Under the pieces are notes generated by a model, which ran no database searches, was not told the origin of the DNA, and worked only from the letters and a program-made list of their open reading frames with translations. 64,000 bases of DNA. It comes from Gammaproteobacteria bacterium. GTDB lineage: Bacteria; Pseudomonadota; Gammaproteobacteria; CAJXQU01. The stretch lies in NCBI GenBank assembly GCA_965238175.1, contig CBDEGZ010000003.1:2400001-2464000 (forward strand), given 5' to 3'. Positions 50,743 through 60,965 of this stretch are shown in pieces. Position numbers and translations under genes: made by a program. Numbering within the stretch: the stretch's first letter is position 1; each line of letters starts with the position of its first letter.

Positions 50743-51798
50743 CTACAATTGATTGAAGGATCTATAAAGTTGATTGACTGTAGCAATTGCTTTGTCACTA
50801 GTGTCCCATTCACCATCGCCATCAACTGGAACAATTTTGGTGCTACTATCGCCAAGATCGGTCAGGCTAAGACGTACACTTTTGTCATCATCCGAGTCCG
50901 GGGATTCTAAATGTTTAAACACACCGGACAGACGGATTTTCAATCCCTCATCTTTCTCCTTTTGCGTACCTAAGGTATAGAGACCACGTAAACTATCCGC
51001 TTCGCTGATATTGAGACCGATCTGCTTCAAAGCCCGTGCTGTACTGAACCAGGCTTGCTCAAAACCCTCCAGCAAATGTATAGAAACCTTGCCATTTCCG
51101 GTATCGATTAATTTCACTCTGGTGGTTGCCGAGTCAGAGACACTGGAAACAGGTCCTGATAAATCAGCTGAGATCTGGCTAGAAGTAGCCGTTACTACTG
51201 TGTCCAAACGTTGCGTGTTGTTCAATTCTTCTGTTTTTTGAATGGAGTTGTTGTTCTCCGAAAAGGCCTTGTGGAGTTGTTTGATCGTGTCGACAGCTAC
51301 GTCGCGCGTATCCCAGTTGCCTGCCCCGTCAACAGGAACGATTTTCGTACTATTATCTTCCAAACTAATCAATCTGATACGTACACTCTTTACACCCTCT
51401 GAACCATCCTTACCAAAAGATTCCAATGATTCTAAATGCTTTAGTACTCCTGAGGTTCGTATTACAAAACTTTTATCTTTTTTTTCTTTTGGTTTTTGTT
51501 TCAAAATATAGAACCCACGCTGAGCATTGGCCTCACTAATCTCAAAACCAACCAACTCAACGGCACTGGACGTACTTTGCCAGGCTTGCTCAAAACTCTC
51601 GCGCAAGCGGACAGAAACCTTATCGTTACCAGAATCAACCAAGTGTACATAGCCTCCTGACTGAAGTTCGCCGATACTCCGATCAGATACAAGTGTATAT
51701 GTATTTGGTGTGGAAACCACACGACTACAGCCAGCCATAAAGACAACAATAATCAACAGGTTCGATATAACAATTTGTCTTAGCATAGGAATACTCAT
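50743..51798 (-). CDS. Lipoprotein with two BamC/NlpB-like repeated domains
   Basis: Lipobox MAGC; duplicated unit (L.D.GN.KVS..L.E.FEQAW.ST..A...G..ISEA...RG.Y.L...STKIVPVDG.G.WDT). Confidence 0.65.
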   Translation of the reverse strand: MSIPMLRQIVISNLLIIVVFMAGCSRVVSTPNTYTLVSDRSIGELQSGGYVHLVDSGNDKVSVRLRESFEQAWQSTSSAVELVGFEISEANAQRGFYILKQKPKEKKDKSFVIRTSGVLKHLESLESFGKDGSEGVKSVRIRLISLEDNSTKIVPVDGAGNWDTRDVAVDTIKQLHKAFSENNNSIQKTEELNNTQRLDTVVTATSSQISADLSGPVSSVSDSATTRVKLIDTGNGKVSIHLLEGFEQAWFSTARALKQIGLNISEADSLRGLYTLGTQKEKDEGLKIRLSGVFKHLESPDSDDDKSVRLSLTDLGDSSTKIVPVDGDGEWDTSDKAIATVNQLYRSFNQL

Positions 51799-51977
51799 TT
51801 GCAGATTGAAAATAATTTTAGAAAGAAGAAAATGATCAATCTCTCTAGTCGTTGACTCGCAAGCGATATTTAACCGGCACAGAAACCCTTTCCCTTTATC
51901 TTTTTTGGTTAAATTATTATGTACAGTGGCTCAAGCCTTAATTCTTCCTTTCTTACACGAAACTTAGACTCTGTAAT

Positions 51978-52032
51978 AAAAAAGTCCCTGGTTCACTGAA
52001 TTATGGAGGTTCATTTTTTGTGACCCAGGGAC
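51978..52032 (-). terminator. Terminator-like stem-loop downstream of porin
   Basis: mRNA-sense GUCCCUGGGUCAC...GUGAACCAGGGAC-UUUUUU. Confidence 0.65.
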
Positions 52033-52134
52033 AAAACAATGGATTTGTTACTATCTCCCAACCTTAAGGTTGGAGGGTAATTAATAGCATCATCCCACAA
52101 GCGTTTTACTACATATAGAAATCCCTTTCTTAAT

Positions 52135-53403
52135 CTAGAAGAACAAAATTATACCAACACTGAAGACATCGTTATCGATATCACCACCAGCCTGGTTTTC
52201 TGCTTCAAGATGTGAATATTCACCTGTTAGCATTACACCTGATGCAAGCGTATGATAAATCCCGCCAGTGATCTTGGTTTTCTCTTCAAGAACGGCAGTA
52301 CCTGCATCTACAGCGTTATCATCAAGATTGTTTACACCATAGTTGATACCATATTTGGTGTTACCTGCTGCATACGTTGCCTGCAGCAAATAACCATCAC
52401 TATCGCGTTCCTCACCTGTTGGATCAACGGCATCAATAAAGTAACCAGTATGACCTAAGCCCTGAGCATGATGGTATGTTCCTGTCAATGTCAGGTTAGA
52501 GAAACTATACTGACCTGTGAGATCAATACCATACGCCGTGTAATCGGATGTTAATGCACCAGCGCTAGCCTCTACTGATTGGGCGAGAAAAGTTGAGGAA
52601 ATAAACCCTCCGTTGAAATTAAATCTTAACCTGCCGTGTGCGCCTGGCAGCTCAGAACCAGTCTCAGCACCTGCGAATGTACCGCTGTTAAAGGAAAAAC
52701 TTGATAGGTTTAAAGGTTGGAAAAGACCAATTTGAGCGACCCACTGATCACTGGTTGGTATTGTCCAGGTAAGCTGGGTAATACGATCCAGGAAGATGTA
52801 ACCCGTACCAGCCGCACCTAACTGAGTGTTCACTGGGTTATTGACCAAAAAGTTACCACCCACTGAAGAAACAGACATATCCTGGAAAGTTGAGTCATAA
52901 GCAAAAACGCCCCAAGCACGACCGACCAATATCTGTCCTATGCTTTCGTTACCCAAAGTCATCCAGATACGAAAACCTGATCCATCATCACCGACATTGA
53001 ATGCTTCATTAGTATCTAACCCACGATCAAAAGTAGAGAAGACACCTATGTCATAACCACCAGCAGTTGTTGACAGACCGAATTCCAGTATCGTTGGCAA
53101 ATAACCATTAGTGATTGCGTTTGGATCCTGATCACCACCACACAAAAATGCCCCTACAACCAAGGCACCATTATCATCGCAAGTATTATATATATAACTT
53201 GCATTGAAATTCCCATGTACTGAGAACGTCCAGCCTTCATTTTCAATTTCAAAAGCATTGGCTGATAAAGAACCGATCGCACATAAACTTGCTACCGATA
53301 ACGTACTGATTTTTTTCCGCATTATTTTATTAATCATTTTTCCACTCCGTAATTTTGTTTTGTTTAATGTTTGTCTTTCCAGACTATTCGTTATTACTGT
53401 CAT
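52135..53403 (-). CDS. Outer-membrane porin (alternative start 53337)
   Basis: Signal peptide ending ANA-FE, amphipathic beta strands, C-terminal Phe (SVGIILFF). Confidence 0.85.
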   Translation of the reverse strand: MTVITNSLERQTLNKTKLRSGKMINKIMRKKISTLSVASLCAIGSLSANAFEIENEGWTFSVHGNFNASYIYNTCDDNGALVVGAFLCGGDQDPNAITNGYLPTILEFGLSTTAGGYDIGVFSTFDRGLDTNEAFNVGDDGSGFRIWMTLGNESIGQILVGRAWGVFAYDSTFQDMSVSSVGGNFLVNNPVNTQLGAAGTGYIFLDRITQLTWTIPTSDQWVAQIGLFQPLNLSSFSFNSGTFAGAETGSELPGAHGRLRFNFNGGFISSTFLAQSVEASAGALTSDYTAYGIDLTGQYSFSNLTLTGTYHHAQGLGHTGYFIDAVDPTGEERDSDGYLLQATYAAGNTKYGINYGVNNLDDNAVDAGTAVLEEKTKITGGIYHTLASGVMLTGEYSHLEAENQAGGDIDNDVFSVGIILFF

Positions 53404-53673
53404 TTATTTCCCCCATAATTTCACTTAATCTAAACAGCTGCTATTTTTCTATCCAGTGCATCTTTAAGAATGTTCTATCTCTGAGACGCACCTCACCCCT
53501 GACACCTACATATCGCCATTTTTTCGAAGCCATTCTTCGAGAGTTAATTTTTTGAATTTCATCTACTGATTAATAGACGCTTATTCAATTTACTCTGGGT
53601 AAAATAACCTAGTAGCTTCGCCTCCTGGATTTTCAAAAATCCTTGTCTTACCGTATTTATACAAAAAATAAAG

Positions 53674-54081
53674 CTATCCGTACTTCTCCATTAAACCAGC
53701 GATGCGTTTTAAAAATATGGCATGCTCGCAGGCCTCTTCTGACGAATAAGAACCATCGAGTATTTCGACAGGTTCTCCTCGTACGCCGGAGGAAATACCT
53801 ATTCTGTAATCCTCAAACATGCGTACACAAACGCTCACGTATTTACCGGCCATTGGATGTCGGCGTAATTTATCAAGTAACGTTCTCAGATCCTGGCTAT
53901 GTTCTATTGCTGGCTGACCATTCTTAGGTGGTGTACCCACAGGGTTAGCTTTGTGTTCAGCAATCAGGCGACGACGTGATTCATCCTCAAACAACAGCGG
54001 CATTACATAGCGACGCGTCATGTGATCGTCAGCCCCTTCATAACCTTCGTTTGCTTGCACACCTTTTTGTTTATCTAACAT
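53674..54081 (-). CDS. N,N-dimethylformamidase small subunit-like protein
   Basis: LIAEHKANPVG...HSQDL..LLDKLRR.P..GKY...EHAIFLKRI; near the large subunit. Confidence 0.75.
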   Translation of the reverse strand: MLDKQKGVQANEGYEGADDHMTRRYVMPLLFEDESRRRLIAEHKANPVGTPPKNGQPAIEHSQDLRTLLDKLRRHPMAGKYVSVCVRMFEDYRIGISSGVRGEPVEILDGSYSSEEACEHAIFLKRIAGLMEKYG

Positions 54082-54129
54082 CTTGTATTCCTCTTAATTT
54101 CAAGTAATAAGTGCTATGACCTTTATTCA

Positions 54130-54498
54130 TCAATGGTTTCGACAAGGTGTAAATTCACCGCGCTCATCTTTAATGCGCTGCGCTTCCTCTTGCGCCAGTT
54201 CTGGTGAGTCGTAAACTTTGTCCTCAAACAATATGATAGGTTTTGCACGATCTGCATTGAGTTGTCCCACACACCACTGTTTATCCGGTTTAATACAAAC
54301 GACGACATAAGCACCTGAGATCGCTCCATACTTATTGTTGTTCAGCTTGAACAGGCATTCAGCTACATCGATAACCTTTTCCTCATCAAGCGACTCCATC
54401 ACCAATTTTTCTAAATCGTTAGGCGGAATCGAACTTGCACCAAGTTCAGATTTGCCCGGTGGTGGATCCAACATGTCGGGGTGTTGATTTATTGTCAT
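54130..54498 (-). CDS. Hypothetical protein, partial paralog of the DMFase small subunit
   Basis: YVVVCIKPDKQWCVGQLNADRAKPIILFEDKVYDSPELAQ aligns with the C-terminal half of 53674-54081. Confidence 0.55.
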   Translation of the reverse strand: MTINQHPDMLDPPPGKSELGASSIPPNDLEKLVMESLDEEKVIDVAECLFKLNNNKYGAISGAYVVVCIKPDKQWCVGQLNADRAKPIILFEDKVYDSPELAQEEAQRIKDERGEFTPCRNH

Positions 54499-54524
54499 AT
54501 CACTATCCTCATGTGGTTTTACGT

Positions 54525-56888
54525 TTAAGGTAAATCACCTTCTTTCAAGAAGCCTTTGATCGCATTTTCAGTCAGCCTGGAGACGTTGTTGTTGTAGTTG
54601 TTGTGCGAAAGGCTGCCGCACCATGACAATGATCCTGGTGCGAAGGTTGCTCCACCATTTGGTGTTTTGTAATAGACCATGTCTGCACGCACCATTGGAT
54701 TTTCCGTACCGCTGCCGTGATAACCGCGGACAGAGAAATGAATTTCTTCGTTAACCTGCAGCATTAGATTGGTGTGCCCTTCTGAATGCGCTAATAGATA
54801 TGCGTCGTGCGGTGTACCGAATTCCAGGTCGTAGCGATCAAGTTCCAGACCGGCGGCACCGCCACCAACTAAGCCGAAGTCACCAATTTTTTCGCCATTA
54901 CCAATACCTTCCATAATCCAGGCAGTTTCTGGCAACTCACTGTCCTTATCACGCACATAATAAGAAGACACATCGAAACCATAAGCTGTGAAAGTCAGGC
55001 CACAAAGCTTACTTGGAATACGTCCTCGTGCACGCCACATGCCACCGTACTTACCATCAAAGGCGTTATTGTATTCACCAGGATTAGCTGTCCAGGCACG
55101 GGTACCTGCTTCGCCTTTACGTACTTCAATAATGTTGGAATTATCTGGATGATATTGACTGATCCAATAGAAACCATTCGCACCCAGATAGATCCAGCGT
55201 CCACCTTCCTGCTGATATCTCTCATAAGCTGAGAACATGTTTTCTGAGGTATATTCAGGGTGACTACCCGTCAATACCGTTCGATATTTATTCAGTAAAG
55301 CAACGCCTTCACGATCCAAATCTTCATCAGTATGAACGTCATAATCGAAGCCTTTTTCATCCAGCCAGTCAATTAAGTGCAGGTCACCATTAAGTTGCCA
55401 AAGCGATGGAGACAACCAGTGACGATACTTGGGACGCATGTTCAGAATTGGACGCAAACGTGATGAATAGCTCACACCACTCCCATCGGAATGTAATGAA
55501 TAGGTAGATAAACCATATTCCCTATGCTCATTCAGATACAAATCTGAAGCAGTCATAACCGGAACCTTACCAGCGAGCAATTCAGCAACAACACAGTTAG
55601 TCGCCAGGTTATCGTTGGAATACGCCATATAGGAATTAGTCGGTAAGATAAACGCTAGTTTTGAGGTAGTTGTACCGCGTGGGGGACGTATAACAAAGGG
55701 AATATAATCTTCTGTTTCTGGCGAATCCACACCACCGATCCTCAGGCGTGCAGCATATACACCACTTTTCAGATTGTCAGGAACTGTCAGTTCAAAGTCC
55801 ACATCCCAGCGAGCATCATCGATATCGTCATCGTGGAAATGAATAGCACCGTATTCTTCTGGTTTATGATGATAAACAATCTCGTCACCAGTCCAATTAA
55901 AACCGGTCATACCTCGACATGGCATATTTACAATGTAACCGTGGAGTCGAGAAGTCGACAGATCAAGAATATGTGTACTTGCAATATTCTTAGTGATGTT
56001 GGCATGAAAATCCCAAGCTCCGATCACATCATTGCGCACATCAGGATGACAATATTGAAAACCGCGTGCCAACGCTTCGATTTCTGCTTTAGAGAGGGCA
56101 CGACGAGATAATCTAGGTCGATCGATCTTACCGTTATAAGTAGCACCGCGAGTTTGTTCTGGCAACTCAATCGCTTCAGGAGCTTCCTTAAAGTGTGCTC
56201 CAGAAATACTACGTCCTGATCGCTCAGTCCAGGTACTAGCAGCCATCAGAAATGGGGCATCATTTATTCCTGGCTTCATACTGTTAATCGATTCAACAGT
56301 TGCTGTAGTTTCTTCAGCAGGGTTCAGAATACCTTGTCCCAGACCACCATTGGTTGGAGTCACAACAGGCTCTTGATAAAGAGTGACTTTGCCTGTTCGT
56401 GCATCGTAGCTAACTGCCGCAAGATACCAGACCTTTCGTAATAATTTCTTATCACTGGAAATTTTCATTACCTGCCCAGAACCATTACCAATTCTTGCTT
56501 CCAGGCAACCATTTTTATCGATAAATAATCCGTAACCACTTTCCGAATGATCAACCCATTTGGTTAGAAGCCCCTGACGTCCTTTCTCAGGTGTGGTTGG
56601 AAAGATATAGCACTGCAATGTAAAACTTTCTACATTCAGGCGTTCATCCTGTGGAACGATAATATAAGAACCACCATGAATTTTTTGATTACGTCCTGGA
56701 TAACTTTTATTGCAGGATGCACTAATTTCCTCTTCTTTATATCCAGGACCTTCCGGGTTGGTATCACCATGGATCAAACGTACGAGTTGGGTATCGTAGA
56801 CCTCGTCTTCCTCGGAATTAATATAGAACTTAATATTATCCCCGGGACATATAGAATATTTATCGCTATAACCAGTAATTCTTAACAT
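54525..56888 (-). CDS. N,N-dimethylformamidase large subunit-like amidohydrolase
   Basis: ITGYSDK, LVRLIHGDTNPEGPG, LamG-like domain, HFHDDD, YMAYSN, GLSTY, GSHPEY, LGANGFYW, GLELDR. Confidence 0.88.
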   Translation of the reverse strand: MLRITGYSDKYSICPGDNIKFYINSEEDEVYDTQLVRLIHGDTNPEGPGYKEEEISASCNKSYPGRNQKIHGGSYIIVPQDERLNVESFTLQCYIFPTTPEKGRQGLLTKWVDHSESGYGLFIDKNGCLEARIGNGSGQVMKISSDKKLLRKVWYLAAVSYDARTGKVTLYQEPVVTPTNGGLGQGILNPAEETTATVESINSMKPGINDAPFLMAASTWTERSGRSISGAHFKEAPEAIELPEQTRGATYNGKIDRPRLSRRALSKAEIEALARGFQYCHPDVRNDVIGAWDFHANITKNIASTHILDLSTSRLHGYIVNMPCRGMTGFNWTGDEIVYHHKPEEYGAIHFHDDDIDDARWDVDFELTVPDNLKSGVYAARLRIGGVDSPETEDYIPFVIRPPRGTTTSKLAFILPTNSYMAYSNDNLATNCVVAELLAGKVPVMTASDLYLNEHREYGLSTYSLHSDGSGVSYSSRLRPILNMRPKYRHWLSPSLWQLNGDLHLIDWLDEKGFDYDVHTDEDLDREGVALLNKYRTVLTGSHPEYTSENMFSAYERYQQEGGRWIYLGANGFYWISQYHPDNSNIIEVRKGEAGTRAWTANPGEYNNAFDGKYGGMWRARGRIPSKLCGLTFTAYGFDVSSYYVRDKDSELPETAWIMEGIGNGEKIGDFGLVGGGAAGLELDRYDLEFGTPHDAYLLAHSEGHTNLMLQVNEEIHFSVRGYHGSGTENPMVRADMVYYKTPNGGATFAPGSLSWCGSLSHNNYNNNVSRLTENAIKGFLKEGDLP

Positions 56889-56936
56889 GATATTTCCTCA
56901 AACTTTTATTAAATAGAAATGACAGCTTCTCAATTT

Positions 56937-58880
56937 TTAATTGTAAGCAACTCTTTCAATTTCCTTTTCCGGCGTGGTCGACATCCGCATTTTATTAGCT
57001 AGAAACCAGATCATAAGTACACCGAGTGCCCACCAAATAATCTGCCATGCCCAGAGAGATGGCATTCGGAAAACCCAAGCGTCATAACCTGCATTTGGTT
57101 CTCCGAATAAAACATTGCCTAATAGTGATCCCGGACCAATAGCAAAAAACATCCACACCATCACCATCACACCTGCCACAGGTTTCGACCAACGATCACA
57201 AACCTCTGAAGCTGTGTATTCATGGAAAAAATCGTGAAAGGAATCTCGCCACTTACGATCATCGATATCCTCGCGTGAAGAAGCAGAAACAATCAGACAG
57301 ATAACAAGGTTGAAAAACATACCCCAGGCAGCGGAATGAATAGTCCATGGCCATACACCCCATGGCAGCGAACCACCTGTGAGTTTCTGACCTAACGGCT
57401 CAGTCAAAACAACTGCAATCAAACCGACGATTAAACCTGCTGTTGCCGCACTCCGGGTGATAAATGAGAACCAGGTTACTGCTAACAGTGAAGGCCACAG
57501 TTGGAATGCACAGGCAATGGCTAAGCCGCCTAACAGCATGGTTGCTTCCATCGAAAAAGAAGCCAGTAGCATTGCCGCAAGGAACACCAAACCTGTGCAC
57601 AGACGTGCAACCAACATCTGTTTCTTATGGTCAGCTTCGGGCTCCAGAAAACGAAGATAAATATCACGAGCCAAGATGCTGCCCGTGGTTGACATAAAGG
57701 CAGAACCGGTAGCTTGTAATGCTGCAATAGCACACACAGCCAGGAAACCAATTAGCCAGGGCAAGCTTCCACCGATCAATTTGATATAGTGCGCAACCAA
57801 TTCATTTTGTTGATGCTCTGATAAGACAGGCAATAAATTAGCAACTGCAAAACCAGCTTCGTTAACATCGGCGTTGGCACCTAACAAATGAGCACTGACA
57901 CCCTGAAAGGTTGCAAAAACAAACATCAGAATGCCAACAACACATGCAGCACCCCAAATCTGATGAATCGCAAAACCCCGTGGTGAACGGCTGGCAAAAC
58001 CTAACATGGAAAATGAAGGTGACGCCTGAATACCCATAACTGACATCATGAAGGTCAGGATCATAATAGAGGTCCAGGGACCTCCCGTTGGTGTTTCAAC
58101 ACCTAATCCGCTTGTCCATTGAATAACCCCTGGCACTGCAAAATAACCGGGGAAATTACCACCACCTAGACCTTTAGTTTCAGCCGAATGACTGGCTAGG
58201 TTTTGCGCGATATTAGCCAAACCAGCATTCAATGAGTCGAAGCCGCCTACAAGATCTAAAGCGTACGTTCCCAACACCACCATGCCCAGTATAAAGAGAG
58301 CACATTGCACAACCGCAACTTTAGCAACAGCTTGCATACCGCCTATAACACAGTAGAGCAACACAAAACCTGAGAGACCCCACATAGCAACTGTGCGAGA
58401 CACTTCTCCATTAGTTAGCTCGCTGATCAGGAAGCCGGAAGCACCAAAGAGAATGGCAACAAAAGGAATACCAAATAGCAGGGCAATGAAGACAGAGATA
58501 AGACGTAATGTATTACCCTTAAAATAATCTGCCAACATCTCACCAGATGTCACATAGCCGAAGCGTTGACCTAACATCCACTGCCGTTTAAGTAAGACAA
58601 CACCACTCAAAGCAACAGCCACTGCGTAAAAAGACGCGTTGGCGAACTGAAAACCATCTCGAAAAACTAGTCCAGGATGTCCTATAAAAGTCCATCCTGC
58701 AAAAGAAACCCCAGTAGCGGCAAGCGCAAAAACCCATGGCGACAAACTTCTTCCAGCGAGAAAATAATCGCTAGCAGTGTCCACACGTCGGCACGCACGC
58801 ACGCCCCAGAAGAAGCAATACGCCCAGTAAAGCATCAAAAAAACTAGCAGCCAGGCGGTATTATCAGTCATGTTATTCAA
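56937..58880 (-). CDS. Sodium:solute symporter family transporter
   Basis: DYFLAGRSL, SFAGWTF.GHPG, GGM.AVA, many TM segments. Confidence 0.9.
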   Translation of the reverse strand: MNNMTDNTAWLLVFLMLYWAYCFFWGVRACRRVDTASDYFLAGRSLSPWVFALAATGVSFAGWTFIGHPGLVFRDGFQFANASFYAVAVALSGVVLLKRQWMLGQRFGYVTSGEMLADYFKGNTLRLISVFIALLFGIPFVAILFGASGFLISELTNGEVSRTVAMWGLSGFVLLYCVIGGMQAVAKVAVVQCALFILGMVVLGTYALDLVGGFDSLNAGLANIAQNLASHSAETKGLGGGNFPGYFAVPGVIQWTSGLGVETPTGGPWTSIMILTFMMSVMGIQASPSFSMLGFASRSPRGFAIHQIWGAACVVGILMFVFATFQGVSAHLLGANADVNEAGFAVANLLPVLSEHQQNELVAHYIKLIGGSLPWLIGFLAVCAIAALQATGSAFMSTTGSILARDIYLRFLEPEADHKKQMLVARLCTGLVFLAAMLLASFSMEATMLLGGLAIACAFQLWPSLLAVTWFSFITRSAATAGLIVGLIAVVLTEPLGQKLTGGSLPWGVWPWTIHSAAWGMFFNLVICLIVSASSREDIDDRKWRDSFHDFFHEYTASEVCDRWSKPVAGVMVMVWMFFAIGPGSLLGNVLFGEPNAGYDAWVFRMPSLWAWQIIWWALGVLMIWFLANKMRMSTTPEKEIERVAYN

Positions 58881-58904
58881 TACTCCTTAATACATTTGTC
58901 AGGG

Positions 58905-60926
58905 TTACGTATTAGCCCGGTCACTCTCAGAACTACCGCCATTCCCATCTTTGTAATCCCCAAGAATATTTGTAATATTGCCAATTTCGTTTGGCGACAT
59001 ACCAATTTCATTGAGCAGGTTGTCAACGAATGGCATTTGTGCGCGATAACGCAGAGCTGAATTTACAATGTTGTCAGATAGACTACTTTGAGATCCTCCC
59101 AAGTCACTATTCACAGGACCTAAGCCTCCACCATCACCGTTTACACTTGCGCTGCTACCATTGAAACCAGGCATACCATTAACTTCATAAATCTTGATAC
59201 CGTCGATGTTTTCCATCGGTCTAACCGCTTCGCGGATAATCGAATCAAGATTCTTAGCCAACTGCATACGCAGATCACTTTGACGACTTTTATCGCTTCG
59301 AGCATTTTCAGCCTCATTCAGCATCAACCTGCCGGCAGCATCCACTTCGTAACGCAGCTTGCTCGCCAAAGAACTATGCTTCTCTGCCTGTTCACGTTCC
59401 TGAGATGCTTCTTTCTCGGCTTTGGCAAGAGTTGTAATTTGAATTGCTTCGCTTTCACCTTCTTGTGTGGCATGGATCAGTTTCAGTTTCTTATGTCGCT
59501 CAGCAACCTCGACTTCCCTTGCTGATGAAACCTGCTCCTCGGCAACGACTGTTTGTGCACGCATCTGCTCTTTAACTTCGTTTGCTTTAAGCACCTGCAC
59601 AGATTTTTCTGTTACGGCCAACTCACGATCATGTTCCTCAATCTCAAGTTGTTTACGTTTTTCAATTTCACGTGTTTTGGTTTTTTCTTCGTTTTCAATA
59701 CGCGTGGTTTCAATAGCACGCTGCTGCTCGATTTTTGATTTCTTAACGCTTTCTTCCGCTTTCAATTGAGCCTGCTCAGCTTCACGGTAACGTTCAGACT
59801 CCTCCTTAACCACATCAGATTTTTGCTGAGCGCGACGCTTAGCAACTTCTTCTTCCTGTGCTAATCGAGCAAACTCATTATCCTTCTCAATTTCCAGCGA
59901 TCTGATTTCACTTTCGAGATTTTTCTGTTTAATTTCAATCTCAGTTTGCCTTTCAATTTCGTTGCGCAGTTTTTTTCGTTCTTCTATCTGCAACGTCAAC
60001 TTGTGTTCACGTAACGAGCGCTCAACTTCAATCGTGTCCTGTTGAGATATACGTGCTTTTTCAACTTCCTCAACGGCATTGATTTTGGCTTCTTCTGCAA
60101 CACGTTCCTGTTCCGCACGCTCAATTGCTATTTCTGTTTGCTCTTTGGCACGTTGCATGGCAATTGCACGTTCTTGCATAAGACGTGCAAACTCTCTTTC
60201 CTTATCAATTTCCAGCGTGCGCTGTTCAGTTTCGAGATTTTTAGATCGAATTTTAATCGCTGTATCCTGCTCGATATCATTACGTTTTTTCTTACGGGAT
60301 TCGATTTGCTCAGTCAGTTGAGTTAGACCTTCAGCATCGAATACATTGGAAGGATTGAAGACTTCCAGACCGGCCTGATCTAATCCAGTCAGGGAAACAG
60401 CTTCTAACTCAAGCCCCGTTTCGCTGAGTGAATCTTTAACCAATGCCTTAACAGCCTTGATATATTCGCCACGCTTTTCCTGTATTTCTTCCATGGTCAT
60501 TTGTGCAGCGACAACACCTAACGCATCAATGAAACGACCCTGAACTAACTCACGCAAGCTCTCTGGCTCCAATGTCCGCTTACCCAGAGAACCCGCTGCT
60601 ACAGATACAGCTTCTTTTGTGGGAGTGACGCGAACATAAAATTCGGCCACAATTTCCACCCGCATACGGTTCTTTGTGATAAAGGACTTATCTCCACCAC
60701 GTCGTACCTCAATACGCAAAGTCCTCATACCAACTGTTGTGATGTTATGAATGATGGGTAATACAAATGCACCGCCACTCAGAACAATTTTTTCACCTCC
60801 AAGACCGGTTCTGACAAACGAAACTTCTTTGGACGAACGGCGATAAAGCCAATGTAATAGATAAACCGCGATAGCAATGGTAAGTGCTACCAGAATGATT
60901 ACTGCAATAATGTCTGCACCAGTCAT
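58905..60926 (-). CDS. Flotillin (SPFH/band-7, YqiK-like)
   Basis: N-terminal TM, FVRTGLGG..V...GG.FVLPI.H, SPFH domain, long E/A-rich coiled coil, C-terminal PMENIDGIKI...ALRYRAQ.P. Confidence 0.92.
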   Translation of the reverse strand: MTGADIIAVIILVALTIAIAVYLLHWLYRRSSKEVSFVRTGLGGEKIVLSGGAFVLPIIHNITTVGMRTLRIEVRRGGDKSFITKNRMRVEIVAEFYVRVTPTKEAVSVAAGSLGKRTLEPESLRELVQGRFIDALGVVAAQMTMEEIQEKRGEYIKAVKALVKDSLSETGLELEAVSLTGLDQAGLEVFNPSNVFDAEGLTQLTEQIESRKKKRNDIEQDTAIKIRSKNLETEQRTLEIDKEREFARLMQERAIAMQRAKEQTEIAIERAEQERVAEEAKINAVEEVEKARISQQDTIEVERSLREHKLTLQIEERKKLRNEIERQTEIEIKQKNLESEIRSLEIEKDNEFARLAQEEEVAKRRAQQKSDVVKEESERYREAEQAQLKAEESVKKSKIEQQRAIETTRIENEEKTKTREIEKRKQLEIEEHDRELAVTEKSVQVLKANEVKEQMRAQTVVAEEQVSSAREVEVAERHKKLKLIHATQEGESEAIQITTLAKAEKEASQEREQAEKHSSLASKLRYEVDAAGRLMLNEAENARSDKSRQSDLRMQLAKNLDSIIREAVRPMENIDGIKIYEVNGMPGFNGSSASVNGDGGGLGPVNSDLGGSQSSLSDNIVNSALRYRAQMPFVDNLLNEIGMSPNEIGNITNILGDYKDGNGGSSESDRANT

Positions 60927-60965
60927 AATTTCTTACTCCTCAATAATATAGTTCTGATTATTCTG

